DNA of 63,865 bases, counting the filler, from Collodictyon triciliatum (Eukaryota): the NCBI GenBank assembly GCA_043381765.1. It is 48 parts of 48 records of this genome, joined end to end, with 100 filler letters (N's around TTAATTAATTAA, not from the genome) between each part and the next. Parts side by side here need not be neighbours in the genome. Positions count along the whole stretch, not along the records: positions 62,640 to 63,865 come from JBHJMP010011788.1; 47 more parts are not named here. One strand, written 5' to 3'. The position numbers were made by a program, and so were the translations under genes. Shown here piece by piece: positions 62,640 through 63,865 of the stretch. Every line of letters begins with the position of its first letter. The first letter of the stretch is position 1. The notes beneath the pieces were generated by a model. That model made no database searches, was not told where the DNA came from, and saw nothing but the letters and a program-made list of their open reading frames with translations.

Positions 62640-63259
62640 ACATCCACTCAAGTATCTTGGTATCATATTCGGTCCACAATCAGATAACAAATGGACAAGC
62701 CTGGTTGAGGACATCAAGTCGAAAATATCAGTGTGGAGCAACTTTCATCTCTCGGACGTGGGGAAAGTAAGGTTGTGGAACCAAGATGCTCTCTGAGCTT
62801 GGCTATGCTCCAAACCAACTCAGCGTGTCTGACATCCTGTTTGGCCCACAATGCCAAATGACCCACGACTCTAGAATACTCTGGACAGTCACAAGGGGAC
62901 ATATGCTGTGGTCTTATGGAGTATGCGTGCATTGTCTCGCTCTAATGATTCACCCGAACGAGAAATCAATGTATCCATGCTGGAAAGCCTCGTGCAATAC
63001 AGCTTCCTGAACAGCCTGTTGAAACACGCTCGCATTCTTCGCTACTCTGACCGCAAGCGAAGAGAGATGCGGGAATGTATTTCAAGATATCTCTCACAGC
63101 ATATTGAACCCCTGCTACCCACGCAACCAATCAACCCATTGGGTCGCTCACTTGACCAACTCGCCATCACTGATTTCTCTCCCGTGATATCTTCAGAGCA
63201 GTCTTCTCTTACTCGCCTTTGCTCCCTACCATACGCACTTATCTCGCCCCTTGTACGGC
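62640..63259 (+). mobile_element. Family A LINE copy with large internal deletion (junction ~62781)
   Basis: HPLKYLGIIF..W..L...IKSKISVWSNFHLSDVGKVRLWN (RT end, KYLG motif) joined directly to MLSELGYAPNQLSVSDILFGP (post-CCHC). Confidence 0.85.
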
Positions 63260-63709
63260 TTGAGCTTAGCTTCCTTTATATATACATATACATATACATT
63301 TCTCTATTCATTTCTTTAGTTTCTTTTTAGTTTCTCTTTAGTTTCTTTGGTTTCCATTCTTCCTTTCAATCTTTCCCCTTGGACAACGAATTCACTATTG
63401 CAGGGGCACCATAAAACTGAAATTGTGACATTGCTATTGTCATTATGGACAGAAGAAACTCGAGAATCAAGTGCGGATTCTGGCCTTCCAAAATCCGCCC
63501 CGATTTTCACTGCAGTAGCTTTAGTGGATGGCTTCCTTGTTGTGTGCTTGACTGCGATCTACTGACCCAAGCGTCCAGTTTCATTTGTTTGGCTCGTGTG
63601 ATTCTTTGGGTGTTGGCATTTTTTATTTAGCCGTTTCTACCACCTTCCTTCTTTATATATGTGTTTATTTTTGTTCTACTTCTCATTCTCTTTCTTTTCC
63701 TGTAATTTT

Positions 63710-63765
63710 AAACAGCGTTTACTTTTTCTTTGAATCGAATAAAGGGAAAAAAAACAGCGTTTACT
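63710..63765 (+). mobile_element. Ultra-short family A 3-prime tip with 14-bp target-site duplication
   Basis: AAACAGCGTTTACT (63710-63723 and 63752-63765) flanks TTTTCTTTGAATCGAATAAAGGGAAAAA; the last 24 nt equal the family A terminus. Confidence 0.75.
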
Positions 63766-63766
63766 A

Positions 63767-63865
63767 TTTACTTTTTACTTTTTTACTTTTTTACTTTTTT
63801 ACTTTTTTACTTTTTTACTTTTTTACTTTTTTACTTTTTTACTTTTTTACTTTTTTACTTTTTTA
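63767..63865. repeat. (TTTTTAC)n heptamer repeat
   Basis: Direct reading. Confidence 0.95.

Overview
This window is not a continuous locus. It is a concatenation of 48 unrelated short contigs (about 1.23-1.25 kb each, roughly sorted by length) joined by an artificial 100-bp spacer (N44-TTAATTAATTAA-N44). Almost all contigs look like an intron-rich (GT-AG), microsatellite-rich eukaryotic protist with motile flagella: fragments of CFAP206, a WDR49/64-like WD40 protein and calcyphosin are present. Other recognisable host gene fragments are Ras, PTEN, VPS35L, a P4-ATPase, KCMF1, a GH99 endomannosidase, a RING/B-box/coiled-coil (TRIM-like) protein, two TEP1/NPHP3-type NACHT proteins, a TKL kinase-nucleotidyl cyclase fusion, an N-myristoylation-motif LRR kinase, GDPD, an AAAP transporter, a SET-protein C-terminus, tRNA-Leu(CAG) and an unusual tRNA-Val(GAC). 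One contig (5353-6590) is bacterial (T9SS-secreted protein plus intrinsic terminator), and a prokaryote-type DUF2270 gene sits in eukaryotic context. About a third of the contigs carry pieces of several related L1/Tx1-like non-LTR retrotransposon families (ORF1, APE, RT, CCHC knuckle, 3-prime ends). These include internally deleted copies, an inverted pair, ultra-short (15-28 bp) insertions with target-site duplications, and a tRNA-derived (SINE-like) head inserted in one copy. All family assignments come from motif recognition by eye; no searches were run.
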